A DNA stretch of 41,594 bases. Origin: Gemmatimonadota bacterium. Its GTDB lineage: Bacteria; Gemmatimonadota; Gemmatimonadetes; Longimicrobiales; RSA9. The DNA is taken from positions 21,450-63,043 of the forward strand of contig JBBDRO010000003.1 in the NCBI GenBank assembly GCA_040905425.1, in the 5' to 3' direction. Below, piece by piece: positions 1-9,393 of the stretch (the stretch's first letter is position 1; every line of letters starts with the position of its first letter). Below the pieces are notes generated by a model that searched no databases, was not told where the DNA came from, and worked only from the letters and a program-made list of their open reading frames with translations. The translations under genes and the position numbers were made by a program.

Positions 1-27
1 CGGAGCGCGGGTCGGAGCGCGGGTCGG
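1..27. repeat. 12-bp tandem repeat (CGGAGCGCGGGT x2 + CGG), possibly truncated by the window edge
   Basis: Read directly: cggagcgcgggt cggagcgcgggt cgg. Confidence 0.7.
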
Positions 28-47
28 TTCGGCCCGCTCGCCCCTTC

Positions 48-980
48 GTGCCCACCGGCTTCCGGGACGCGCGCCCGCCGGGCGCACGCCACCGCGTTGA
101 ATACGCCCTGTTCGCCCTGTTGCGGGCCATCATTACCCTGCTGCCGGTACGCGTGGCGGAGGCGGTGGGTGGATGGGTGGGCCGGCTCGGCTATCCGCTC
201 GGCGTGCGCCGCGCCGTGGCGCTGGCCAACCTGCGTATCGCGTTCCCCGATGCCGACGAGGGCTGGATGCGGACCACCGCGCGCGCCGCCTACGGCTACA
301 TCGGCCGTGAGATGATCACCATGCTGCGGCTGCCGGAGCTGGCGCCGGAGGCCATCCGCGGCCGGACGCGCTTTCCCGACGAGGCGCTCTTCCGCGCCGC
401 CATGGCGGAGGGGCGCGGCGTGGTGATGGTGGCCGGACACTTCGGCAACTGGGAGGTGGCCGCGGCGGGGCTGGCCGCCCGGGGCTATCCGACCGACGTG
501 ATCGTGCGGCGGCAGAGCAACCCGCTGTTCAATCGCCTGATTCTGGCCACGCGGCGCAGCCTGGGGGTGGGGCTGATCGACCTGGAGCGGGCGCACAGGG
601 AGGCCCTGGCCGCCCTCCGCGCCGGGCACGTGGTGTGCTTCGGCGCGGACCAGAACGCGGGGCGGACCGGGGTGTTCGTGCCGTATTTCGGACGCCTGGC
701 GTCCACCTACCGGGGCCCCGCCGTGATGGCACTGCGCACCGGGGCGCCGGTCTTTCTGGGCATGCCGCTGCGCATGCCCGATGGTAGCTACGAGCTGCGT
801 ATTCGCGCGGTCCAGGTGGACCGGGAAGGCCCGCAGGAGGCGGTGGTGGAGCGCATCACGGCCGCCTTCACCCGGGGCCTCGAAGAGGCCGTGCGGGCAA
901 CGCCTGAACAGTATCTCTGGCAGCACCGGCGCTGGCGTTCGCGCCCGCCGGAGGAACAGGGCACGCCCAACGAGGTATGA
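48..980 (+). CDS. Lipid A biosynthesis acyltransferase (LpxL/HtrB-like lysophospholipid acyltransferase family)
   Basis: Motifs GHFGNWE, ADQ, VFVPYFGRLA and PEQYLWQHRRWR are typical of the family; GTG start. Confidence 0.9.
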   Translation: MPTGFRDARPPGARHRVEYALFALLRAIITLLPVRVAEAVGGWVGRLGYPLGVRRAVALANLRIAFPDADEGWMRTTARAAYGYIGREMITMLRLPELAPEAIRGRTRFPDEALFRAAMAEGRGVVMVAGHFGNWEVAAAGLAARGYPTDVIVRRQSNPLFNRLILATRRSLGVGLIDLERAHREALAALRAGHVVCFGADQNAGRTGVFVPYFGRLASTYRGPAVMALRTGAPVFLGMPLRMPDGSYELRIRAVQVDREGPQEAVVERITAAFTRGLEEAVRATPEQYLWQHRRWRSRPPEEQGTPNEV

Positions 981-1116
981 ACATACCGCGCCCGTTGGCC
1001 GACTTTTTCGTATGTTGGGCGTTGAGCGAATCTTTGTGCGGTCGAGCGCGCGCTGCGGCGCAGCTCCCGCCTGACGGGGTCGTGCGCTCGGCGGCCCCCC
1101 CGAGCAGGGAAAAATT

Positions 1117-2388
1117 GTGATCTATATCTGCCTGCCTGCGCACAATGAGCAGCAGACAATCGGCGTAGTACTGTGGAAGATCCGCCAGGTGATGGCCGAT
1201 TTTCCACGCGACTTCCAGATCCTGGTGGTGGATGACGCCTCCACGGACGCAACGCCCCGGGTCCTGGAGCCGTACACCGGCGTGCTGCCGCTGACCGTGC
1301 TGCGCAATCGTGAACGGCGTGGCTACGCCGCGTCGCTCGAGCTGCTGCTGCGGGAAGCCGTGCGCCGCTCCACCTACCCCAAGCGCGACTCGATCGTCAC
1401 CCTGCAGGCGGACTTCACGGAAGAGCCCGAGCACATTGCCGCGCTGGTCAAGCGCATCGAGTCGGGTGCGGACGTGGTGTGCAGTAGCGCCGCCGGGGGT
1501 TCCACGCTGGGACCGCGGGAGTGGCGCTGGGCGCGCCGCCTGGGCCGGCTGGCGCTGCGCCGCATGCGGTGGCCGGCCGAAGCAGGGGATCCGCTGAGCG
1601 GGCTGCGTGCCTACCGGGTCTTCACGATCGGTGGTGCGCTCGAGCAGGCGGGCCAGGAGCGGTTGCTGCAGCGGGAAGGCTGGGCGGCCAACGCCGAACT
1701 GCTGCAGGCGGCGCTGCCGCACGCACGGCGCACCGACGTCGTGGAACTGCCCTTCCGCTACCATCGCCGCCAGCGGGACAGCCGTTTCGGCGGCTGGGCC
1801 ACGCTGCGTGAGGTGCTGGCCTACGCCTTCGGGCAGCGGCGCGCGGAGCCGCTCGCGGCCACCGGCGAACTGGAAGCGGCGCTCACGGCGCCGCGGCGGC
1901 GCGCGTCCGTCCTGACGGACCAGGATGCCCTCGAGGAGGCGCGCACGCAGCGCCGTGAGAACGGCAATGGCGGTGACGAGAAGGGCCGCAACGGTCGCCG
2001 CCGCTCGAGCTCCGGGGGCAAGGCGGGCGCGCGCCGGAGCGGTGGCCGCGAGCGGGGCGGCTCCGCCGGCACGAAAGAGCCCGCGGCGCACAGCGGGGGC
2101 GCTGAGGCCGAGAACGCTCAGGGGACCCGCAGGAAGCGCAGCCGCAAGCGGCGCTCGGGCCGGCAGCAGGCCTCACCCAACGGTGCCGCTCCAGCGCCTG
2201 AGGAGGTAAAGGCGCAGGGCGGAGAGGCCGCGGGGGAGGGGAGCGGGGAGGCGCCGAAGAAGAAGCGGCGCCGGCGCGGCCGGCGGGGCGGACGGAACCG
2301 GCGGCGGGGTGGTGGGGTGGACAAGGGCAGCACGGAGCCGAACGCCAGCCCCGCGGAGGGGGACACGCCGCGCGCCGCGAACGGCTGA
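1117..2388 (+). CDS. Glycosyltransferase family 2 (DPM-synthase-like) with a long Gly/Arg/Lys-rich C-terminal extension
   Basis: N-terminal IYICLPAHNE, VVDDASTDAT, QAD at the DxD position, DPLSGLRAYR; the last ~160 aa are low-complexity and basic. Confidence 0.85.
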   Translation: MIYICLPAHNEQQTIGVVLWKIRQVMADFPRDFQILVVDDASTDATPRVLEPYTGVLPLTVLRNRERRGYAASLELLLREAVRRSTYPKRDSIVTLQADFTEEPEHIAALVKRIESGADVVCSSAAGGSTLGPREWRWARRLGRLALRRMRWPAEAGDPLSGLRAYRVFTIGGALEQAGQERLLQREGWAANAELLQAALPHARRTDVVELPFRYHRRQRDSRFGGWATLREVLAYAFGQRRAEPLAATGELEAALTAPRRRASVLTDQDALEEARTQRRENGNGGDEKGRNGRRRSSSGGKAGARRSGGRERGGSAGTKEPAAHSGGAEAENAQGTRRKRSRKRRSGRQQASPNGAAPAPEEVKAQGGEAAGEGSGEAPKKKRRRRGRRGGRNRRRGGGVDKGSTEPNASPAEGDTPRAANG

Positions 2389-2454
2389 GGCGCCCTGGAC
2401 CAACGTACCGTCGCGCCGCCGGCGCGCCGGCCGCGCAGCATATGAGGATAGCCG

Positions 2455-3279
2455 ATGAAGTCACAGATCCTGCTCCCGAGCGCCCTTGTGGCGCTCATGA
2501 CCCTGCCCTCGTTCGGGGCGGGGGCGCTGAACAGCCAGGTGCGCTCCGCGACGCCGCCCGCCGCGGCCTATCCCGACGCGGCCGCCGTACCGTTCGGGCC
2601 GGGCGAGAAGACCGTCTACAACGTCAAGTACGGGATCGCGGGCACGGTGGGAGAGGCTTCCCTGTCCGTTCCGCAGCTGGCGGAGATCCGCGGGCAGCCG
2701 GTCTACCTCATCGACTTCCGCATGAAGGCCAGCGCGCTGTTCGGTGCGCTCAAGGTCAATGACCACTTTCAGTCGTGGTTCGACGTGCGCCGGCTCCATT
2801 CGCACCGCTACCATCAGGACGTGCACGAGGTCAACTACAAGCGCGTGCGCACGGTGGATTTCTTCACCGACCGGGGGATCTGGGAGCAGCGCCAGGAGGG
2901 CAAGGAGATGCTCGTTGGCGAGCTACCCACCGACCTGCCCCTGGATGACATCTCCTTCCTCTACTTCGTGCGCACCGTGCCGCTCGAGGTGGGCAGGACC
3001 TACACCTTCCGGCGCTACTGGAAGGAAGACGGCAATCCCGTCACGTTGGAGGTGCTGCGCAGGGAGCGCGTGAAGGTGGAAGCGGGGGAGTTCGACACCA
3101 TCGTGGTGCGCCCCATCATCCAGACGGACGGCATGTTCAGCGAGGGCGGCAAAGCGGAGATATACTTCTCCGATGACGAGCGCCGCCTGGTGGTGCAGCT
3201 GAAGACCAAGTTCGGGCCCGCCAGCGTGGATCTGCAGCTCAAGAGCTACACGCCGGGTCAGCCGCTGACCGGCCGGTGA
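2455..3279 (+). CDS. DUF3108-like exported protein
   Basis: Signal peptide; PFGPGEKTVYNVKYG, LDDISFLYFVR, V.V.AGEFDT and IYFSDDERRL patterns. Confidence 0.75.
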   Translation: MKSQILLPSALVALMTLPSFGAGALNSQVRSATPPAAAYPDAAAVPFGPGEKTVYNVKYGIAGTVGEASLSVPQLAEIRGQPVYLIDFRMKASALFGALKVNDHFQSWFDVRRLHSHRYHQDVHEVNYKRVRTVDFFTDRGIWEQRQEGKEMLVGELPTDLPLDDISFLYFVRTVPLEVGRTYTFRRYWKEDGNPVTLEVLRRERVKVEAGEFDTIVVRPIIQTDGMFSEGGKAEIYFSDDERRLVVQLKTKFGPASVDLQLKSYTPGQPLTGR

Positions 3280-4259
3280 CCACGCCGCCGTCCACGGGCC
3301 GCTCCGTGCCGGAGATCGACCTGGCCACCGTGCGCACCGTGCCCGTCAGCGGGCGCCCGAACAAGGTGCGCGCCCGTGACTTTGCCCGGCCGCCGGGTGA
3401 GGACCGTTCCTTCCACGCCTTCCTGGAATCCCTGCCCGACCTTCTCCAGGCCCGGAGCTTCCTGGCCGTGGTCGACGCGCTGGTGCAGGCCCGGCGGAAC
3501 CGCCGCGCCGTGGTGGCCATGCTGGGCGGACACGTGGTGAAGACCGGCCTGGCGCCCGTCTTCATCGATCTCATGGAGCGCGGCGTCATCACGCATCTGG
3601 CCTCCAACGGTTCGGCGGTGATCCACGACTACGAGATGGCGCGCTGGGGCGGTACGAGCGAGGACGTGGAGGCGGGCCTGACCGACGGTACGTTCGGCAT
3701 GGCGGAGGAGACGGGGCGCGAGATGAACGAGGCCATCACGCGCGGCGCGGCGGAGGGCCGCGGGCTCGGTGAGGCGCTCATGGAGGCGCTCGTGCGGGCC
3801 GACGGCCTGGCCAACGGTGACCTCTCCCTGCTGCTGGCTGCGCGGCGCCTGCGCGTCCAGTTCACGGTGCACGCGGCGCTGGGTGCCGAGATCATCCATC
3901 AGCATCCGGCCGCGGACGGCGCCGCCATCGGCGCCACGAGCCACCGGGACTTCCGCCGCCTGGCCGCCCACCTCACCGGCCTGGAGGGGGGCGTGGTGCT
4001 GAACATCGGGTCCACGGTGGTGATGCCGGAGGTCTTCCTGAAGGCGCTCACCGTGTGCCGGAACGTGAACGAGGGGGGACCCCGGGCCTTCGTCACGGCG
4101 GACCTGGACATGATCCGCCACTATCGGCCGCGCGTGAACGTGGTGGAGCGGCCCACCCGGACGGGTGGCGGGCAGGGCTATCAGCTCACGGGCCACCACG
4201 AACTGATGGTGCCGCTGCTGGGATGGGCGGTCGCTGAGCGGTTGGACGAAGGGGAGTGA
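3276..4259 (+). CDS. Deoxyhypusine-synthase-like conserved hypothetical protein
   Basis: GGHVVKTG, ASNGSAVIHD, EDV...L.DG.FGMAEETG, GSTVVMPEVFLKAL, TGHHE; GTGA overlap with the upstream gene. Confidence 0.65.
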   Translation: MTTPPSTGRSVPEIDLATVRTVPVSGRPNKVRARDFARPPGEDRSFHAFLESLPDLLQARSFLAVVDALVQARRNRRAVVAMLGGHVVKTGLAPVFIDLMERGVITHLASNGSAVIHDYEMARWGGTSEDVEAGLTDGTFGMAEETGREMNEAITRGAAEGRGLGEALMEALVRADGLANGDLSLLLAARRLRVQFTVHAALGAEIIHQHPAADGAAIGATSHRDFRRLAAHLTGLEGGVVLNIGSTVVMPEVFLKALTVCRNVNEGGPRAFVTADLDMIRHYRPRVNVVERPTRTGGGQGYQLTGHHELMVPLLGWAVAERLDEGE

Positions 4260-4278
4260 GGCGGCGCGGCGTCGTCGC

Positions 4279-6861
4279 TTACCAGCCGTTCGATCCCTCC
4301 ACCCTGAGCGGAGCCACGGGCCCGCCCACCGGCACGCGCAGCAACTCTCCCACCGACAGATCCAGGGCGTAGAGGAAGCGGCCGTCCACCGCCAGGCCGT
4401 AGAAGGCGGCGCCGCGGCGTTCGAAGACGGTGTGGCGCCGCCCGTCCGGCGTGATGCGGAGGATGCGGCCCGCGCCGCCGCGCTCGGCCGCGAAGACTTC
4501 CCCGTGCCTGCCCGCCGCCACCGCCACCAGCCTGCCTCGGGCAAAGCCGGTCTCGAGGCGCCTCACGGTGCCGTCCGCGGCAATGCGCACCACGTGGCCG
4601 TCGAGGGCTGCCCCGTACACCGTGCCGTCGGCGGCCCCGGCGATCTGGTAGAGGTTGGTGCCCAGGTCCGCCCAGAGATGCGGCTGCCCGCCCGGTTCGA
4701 TGCGATGGATACGACCGCTCCACTCGGCCACCAGGAGCGTGCCGTCGGGGAAGGCGGCCGTGCCGTATGCCGGTCCTTCGCCCACGCGTCCCGCCAGGAG
4801 TGTGGCGCTGCCGTCACGCTCCAGCCGATACAGGTAGTTCTCGTCCCGGGCACGGGCCACCACGTACCCTTCGCCGTCGGGGCCAAGGGCGGGCGCGAAG
4901 AGGGCATCCGCGGGGATTCGATAGGCGGTGCTTGCGTGCGTCTCACCCTCGCGGATGGAGAGCACGCGCGGGCGCGGGCGGAGCCCCAGCGGATCCCAGC
5001 CGTAGCTGGCCTGCAGGATGCGGCCGTCACGCGCGGAGAGTCCCCAGCTCCACGGCAGCGCCGTGGCCACGATCTGCCCCACGCCGGGGTGGGCTACGTA
5101 GAGCTCCACGGGGACGCGGCCTACGATCAGTCCGTCCTCTCCGCGCAGGTGCACGGTCCCCCTGTGCATGCCCGCCCCGAGGGCGCCCGGTGCGGCCACG
5201 ACCCCCAGTGTGTCACCGGTGACGCTGACCGTCAGCCAGCTCCGGTCGGACTCGGCCCGCCAGACCACGTCGGTGCCCCCCGCACGCTCCACGTCCACGC
5301 GCCGCACGGCGGGCGCGGCGCCGGGCAGCGCGGTAAGCCGGACCACGCCGGGGCGCGGCACCAGCACCGGTTGCTCACCGCTCACGCTGAGGTGGGCCAG
5401 GACGGCGTCCGCCGAGTCCCGGATCCCGGACAGGCGGAGCGCGCCGAGCGGCCGGATGGCAAAGTCCGTGACGCCGTTCGCGCCGGGGTAGGGGTCGCTG
5501 GAATCCGCCTGCAACCCGCGCCCCAGGTCGTCGCGCCCATCGGCCGCGAGCAGCGTCAGGGCGGGCGCCCGTTCGTCCCGGTTCCAGGCGCCCAGTTCGC
5601 CCCGCTCCGGGTCCACGCGCCACACGAGCAGGCCGCGCCCAGGCAGGTGGGCGTCGCTGCCCAGGCGCTGGCGGTTCTCGATGAGCACGTAGCGGCCCGC
5701 CTCATCCGGCACGTCGAAGCGGAATACGGTGCGGTGGCGCTCCACGGCCGGCACCTCGAAGCGCTCGCTGCCCTCCGTCAACCAGCGCACCGTGACCCAG
5801 CCGAGCTGCTCCTTCTCCCAGGCGCTCGGATGCGCGGGTGAGAAGGTGGCCGCGTGGCTGCCGGTGCCCATGAGCCCCCAGGGGCCGATGCCGCGCGAAG
5901 AGCCGTCGTAATCGTAGAGGTCGGGCAGCCCGAGGGCGTGTCCGGTTTCGTGCGCGAGCACGCCCACGTGCAGGGGACCGCAACTGGCCGGATCCACCGC
6001 CGGCAGGATGATGTAGTCCGCGATGGCTATGGTGCCGCCGCCCGCGGCCGGATCGTCGGTCGGCAGGGGGGGCATGGCGGCCCGGTGCGGCCAGATCCCG
6101 CCCGCGGCGCCGGGGCCGGGGCACGGCGTGGCGTAGGCCAGAATGGCCAGGTCCACAAAGCCGTCGTCATCGCCCGAGTTGGGGATGCCGTCCGGGCCGT
6201 CATTGTCATAGGCACCGTAGTCCACGTGGCGGTCCGCGGCCAGCAGCACGTGGTCCCGCAGCTCCACGATCCGGCCGAAGCTGCCCCAGCCATGGTCCCG
6301 CGCGGGGAGGTAATGGTCGGCGCGCCGCGGCATGGCGATCCAGGGGCTCACGTCCCCCTCCACGCGCAGCAGCCCGCCCGAAACTTCGCGGAAATAGCCG
6401 GCGTAGCTCACCGTGTCTCCCGCGCCCGGCCCGAACAGGCGCTCGTCCAGCTCCGCGATCGGGAACGGCGGACGGCCGTCCGCATAGTGTATGGGGATGA
6501 CGGGGACCCGGAGCGTCCCGGCCAGGGCGGCACCGAGCCGGGCCGCGTCCCGCGGGGCCAGGCCATCGAGCAGGCCGGCGGCGCTCAATTCGGCGCGGCG
6601 GCGCAGGACGCCCTCCACACGACCCAGCCATGCGCGGCTGAATTCGAGTGGCGCGTGCGGCTGGACGTCTACGATACCCGCGATGGGCGTGGGCGGTGTG
6701 GCGCCGGCGGTCCAGGGGGCCGGCAGGCGCGGTGGGGGCGCCTGGGCGGCCGCGGGGGCGGCGGCGAGCAGCAGGATGACGGAGACCACGAGGCTACCCG
6801 TGGGGCCGCGCGGGGAACGCGGTCGGGAGATGGTTCGCTCCTTCGCGATGACCGGCCGCAC
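4279..6861 (-). CDS. Secreted M6-family (immune inhibitor A-like) metalloprotease with a BACON-like domain and C-terminal beta-propeller
   Basis: Zinc motif HETGHALGLPDLYD, YDNDGPDGIPNSGDDDGFVD, W.LM..G, LIENRQ; signal peptide; start codon uncertain. Confidence 0.85.
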   Translation of the reverse strand: MRPVIAKERTISRPRSPRGPTGSLVVSVILLLAAAPAAAQAPPPRLPAPWTAGATPPTPIAGIVDVQPHAPLEFSRAWLGRVEGVLRRRAELSAAGLLDGLAPRDAARLGAALAGTLRVPVIPIHYADGRPPFPIAELDERLFGPGAGDTVSYAGYFREVSGGLLRVEGDVSPWIAMPRRADHYLPARDHGWGSFGRIVELRDHVLLAADRHVDYGAYDNDGPDGIPNSGDDDGFVDLAILAYATPCPGPGAAGGIWPHRAAMPPLPTDDPAAGGGTIAIADYIILPAVDPASCGPLHVGVLAHETGHALGLPDLYDYDGSSRGIGPWGLMGTGSHAATFSPAHPSAWEKEQLGWVTVRWLTEGSERFEVPAVERHRTVFRFDVPDEAGRYVLIENRQRLGSDAHLPGRGLLVWRVDPERGELGAWNRDERAPALTLLAADGRDDLGRGLQADSSDPYPGANGVTDFAIRPLGALRLSGIRDSADAVLAHLSVSGEQPVLVPRPGVVRLTALPGAAPAVRRVDVERAGGTDVVWRAESDRSWLTVSVTGDTLGVVAAPGALGAGMHRGTVHLRGEDGLIVGRVPVELYVAHPGVGQIVATALPWSWGLSARDGRILQASYGWDPLGLRPRPRVLSIREGETHASTAYRIPADALFAPALGPDGEGYVVARARDENYLYRLERDGSATLLAGRVGEGPAYGTAAFPDGTLLVAEWSGRIHRIEPGGQPHLWADLGTNLYQIAGAADGTVYGAALDGHVVRIAADGTVRRLETGFARGRLVAVAAGRHGEVFAAERGGAGRILRITPDGRRHTVFERRGAAFYGLAVDGRFLYALDLSVGELLRVPVGGPVAPLRVEGSNGW

Positions 6862-7062
6862 GCTCGTGGTGACGGCTGGCCGATGAGGCTGTATGCGGAC
6901 GGCCGCGCCGGCGGCGCGGCGAACGCCTGCGGGGGTGACAGCTGCGCCGGGAGGGTCCGGTCCTACGTTATTGGCAAGGAGTCGGCGACCGCATCGATGG
7001 CGGCTGACAACTGCATATATGGCAACGATCTATGGCCGGGTCAAGGGTATCGTTGGGAGGGC

Positions 7063-7090
7063 TTGACCAGGATGACGTCTTTTCTATATT
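7063..7090 (+). promoter_or_regulatory. Probable sigma70 promoter of the tRNA pair
   Basis: TTGACC-16 bp-TATATT in an AT-rich patch ending 33 bp upstream of tRNA-Glu. Confidence 0.65.
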
Positions 7091-7123
7091 TAATGGTCTT
7101 GGGCAGAAAATGCCCGGAGCCAC

Positions 7124-7196
7124 GCCCCCATCGTCTAGTGGCCTAGGACATCTGGTTCTCAGCCAGAAAACCGGGGTTCGATTCCCCGTGGGGGTA
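7124..7196 (+). tRNA. tRNA-Glu (anticodon CTC)
   Basis: Acceptor GCCCCCA/TGGGGGT, anticodon arm TCTGG-TTCTCAG-CCAGA, T-loop GGTTCGATTCC; CCA not encoded. Confidence 0.95.
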
Positions 7197-7274
7197 CTCA
7201 AAGCGACGACGCAACCGAGCGTTCGCCGCTCCCGGCGAGGCTCGCCGGACCGGAAGCTGCACGCTTCCACCCGA

Positions 7275-7348
<74 letters not shown>

Positions 7349-7350
7349 TG

Positions 7351-7395
7351 AACGCCGCAATCCGTTGGTTGACAACGGATTGCGGCGTTTTTTTT
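7351..7395 (+). terminator. Rho-independent terminator after the tRNAs
   Basis: Perfect 17-bp stem AACGCCGCAATCCGTTG/CAACGGATTGCGGCGTT, 5-nt loop, followed by a T-run. Confidence 0.9.
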
Positions 7396-7525
7396 GTGGT
7401 CGGGCCGCTGGCGTGCGCTGCGCGGCACGAATATGGCCCGCACACTCACAACGGAGGCCAGGTGCCCTCCGTATGGTCGTTACGAGGGGCGAGACGTTGC
7501 CACGCCGATCGGGAGAAGCGAATTC

Positions 7526-8701
7526 ATGAGGGAGGGACTACAGTCCGACGAGGCAGCCACACCTGCCGAGCCCGCCTCCAGCGAGCGCGAGCGTCTCGAT
7601 AAGGAGATGCGGGAGGCGGGGATCACGGCCGGCGACATCGTCGAGACCATTCACGATCCGCTCGTCATCCTCACGCCCGACTTCCGTGTCCAGGTGGTGA
7701 ACCCGGTTTTCTACGAGCACTTCCAGGTTTCACCGGTGGAGACGACCGGTTGCCTGATCTACGAACTGGGCAACGGGCAATGGGACATCCCCGAGCTTCA
7801 CACCCTGCTCGAGGAAATCCTGCCGGAGAACGCCAGCTTCAATGGGTACGAAGTCAGTCATCAGTTCGAGAACCTCGGCTGGCGCGCCATGCTGCTCAAC
7901 GCGCGCCGCCTCGACCACCTCCAGCTCATCCTTCTGGTGATCGTGGACATCACCGACCGGAAACGGGCCGAGGAGGCGCTCCGCGCGGCGAAGGAGGCGG
8001 CCGAAGAGGCGAGCGGCCTGGCCAAGAGCCAGTTTCTCGCGACCATGAGCCATGAGCTGAGGACCCCGCTGACCGGTGTGATCGGACGTGCCGACCTGCT
8101 GGAGACGGAATTGCTGGGCCCCACGACCGAGAAGCAGAAGGAGAGTCTCTCACAGATTCGCAGGAACGCGTGGCACCTGGTCGGGATCATCGACGAGATC
8201 CTGTCCTACGCCCGCTCCGAGCCAGGCAAGACCGAGGTCCAACGGGAGCGAGTGCCAGTGACGCAGGTCGTGCGCGATGTCGTGGAGATGCTCGAGCCCG
8301 TGTGGGATAGGAACGAAGTCGCCTTGCGTCTGACGGTTCCCGACGAGCCGGTATTCGTGGTGACGGACCGAGGAAAGCTGACCCAGATCGTGGCCAATCT
8401 CGTGGGCAACGCCCTGAAGTTCTCGGGGGCCCCGGTGCACATCCGGCTGAGCGTGGACGAGGACCGGATGCAGGTCTCGGTGGAGGACACCGGGGCGGGT
8501 ATTCCCCCGGACCGACAGGAGGAGATCTTCGAGCCATTCACTCAGCTGGACGGCTCAGCTACCCGGGAGAAGGGCGGCACAGGCCTCGGCCTGGCCATTG
8601 CCCGACGGCACGCCCGGCTCCTCGGCGGCGACATCGAGCTGGAGAGCGCGGTGGGGGAGGGCAGCACTTTCTTCCTCCGCCTGCCGCGGAATCCTTCGTA
8701 A
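7526..8701 (+). CDS. PAS-domain sensor histidine kinase (cytoplasmic)
   Basis: PAS of the type seen in CheB/CheR fusions ([22 protein letters not shown]); H-box [29 protein letters not shown]; ATG 7526 with GGGAG RBS. Confidence 0.9.
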   Translation: MREGLQSDEAATPAEPASSERERLDKEMREAGITAGDIVETIHDPLVILTPDFRVQVVNPVFYEHFQVSPVETTGCLIYELGNGQWDIPELHTLLEEILPENASFNGYEVSHQFENLGWRAMLLNARRLDHLQLILLVIVDITDRKRAEEALRAAKEAAEEASGLAKSQFLATMSHELRTPLTGVIGRADLLETELLGPTTEKQKESLSQIRRNAWHLVGIIDEILSYARSEPGKTEVQRERVPVTQVVRDVVEMLEPVWDRNEVALRLTVPDEPVFVVTDRGKLTQIVANLVGNALKFSGAPVHIRLSVDEDRMQVSVEDTGAGIPPDRQEEIFEPFTQLDGSATREKGGTGLGLAIARRHARLLGGDIELESAVGEGSTFFLRLPRNPS

Positions 8702-9306
8702 TTTTTCACCGGAGCGGAGCAGGAGCGGAAGTCGAAGGGCGATGCTGCCCCGGATGATGAGGGCGAGTCGACAGCGGCCGAGGAACACGGCGTCGACCGC
8801 GCACGCAGGGGGTTCTCACTGGATGAGACCTTCGCGGAGTACCGGGCGCTGCGAGCGAGCGTCATGAAGCACTGGACCCATGCCGGAACCGGTTCGGGTG
8901 AGTCGGAGTTCGAGGACATCGTCCGCTTCAACGAGGCGATCGACAAGGCCATCGCCGAGTCGATCCACGAGTACTCCAAGGCGGTAGGGCAGTATCGGGA
9001 CATGTTTCTGGCCGTGCTGGGCCATGACCTGCGTTCCCCGCTCAACGCCGTCCTGAACGCTTCGGAGTTTCTGACGGAGGAGGCTCGGCTGTCGGAGCGG
9101 GATCACGGCCTCGTCAAGGCAATCCGCGGCGGGGGTCCCCGGGGGAAGCGGCCGGCGCGGGAGATCGGAGGCGCCACGGGTTCGGGCTCTATATTGCCCG
9201 GCGGATGGCCGAGGCGCACGGGGGAGTCCTGGAGGTGGAGTCCTCCCGCGGAGGGGGCACGACCTTCTCGATTCGCGTGACGCGGGAGGCCGAACGAGTC
9301 CAGTGA
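8702..9306 (+). pseudogene. Remnant of an RsbRD_N-type histidine kinase (5'-truncated, internal deletion plus frameshift)
   Basis: Frame from 8702 reads EQERKSKG..AAEEHGVDRARRGF..EYRALRASV..RFNEAIDKAIAES..GHDLRSPL; a different frame at 9181-9306 reads FGLYIARRMAEAHGG..GTTFSIR*; N and G1 boxes are missing. Confidence 0.8.
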
Positions 9307-9393
9307 CTGACGACGGGGTGCGGTCGGTCACGCACCGGCTGCTCGCCGAAGTGGCGCAGGAGCGCATCGGGTAGGGGGAACCCGCCCGTGTCT

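Noticed and set aside
7349-7525. Integrase or att site next to tRNA-Val
   Set aside because: No recombinase ORF and no duplicated tRNA 3' end found within the window.
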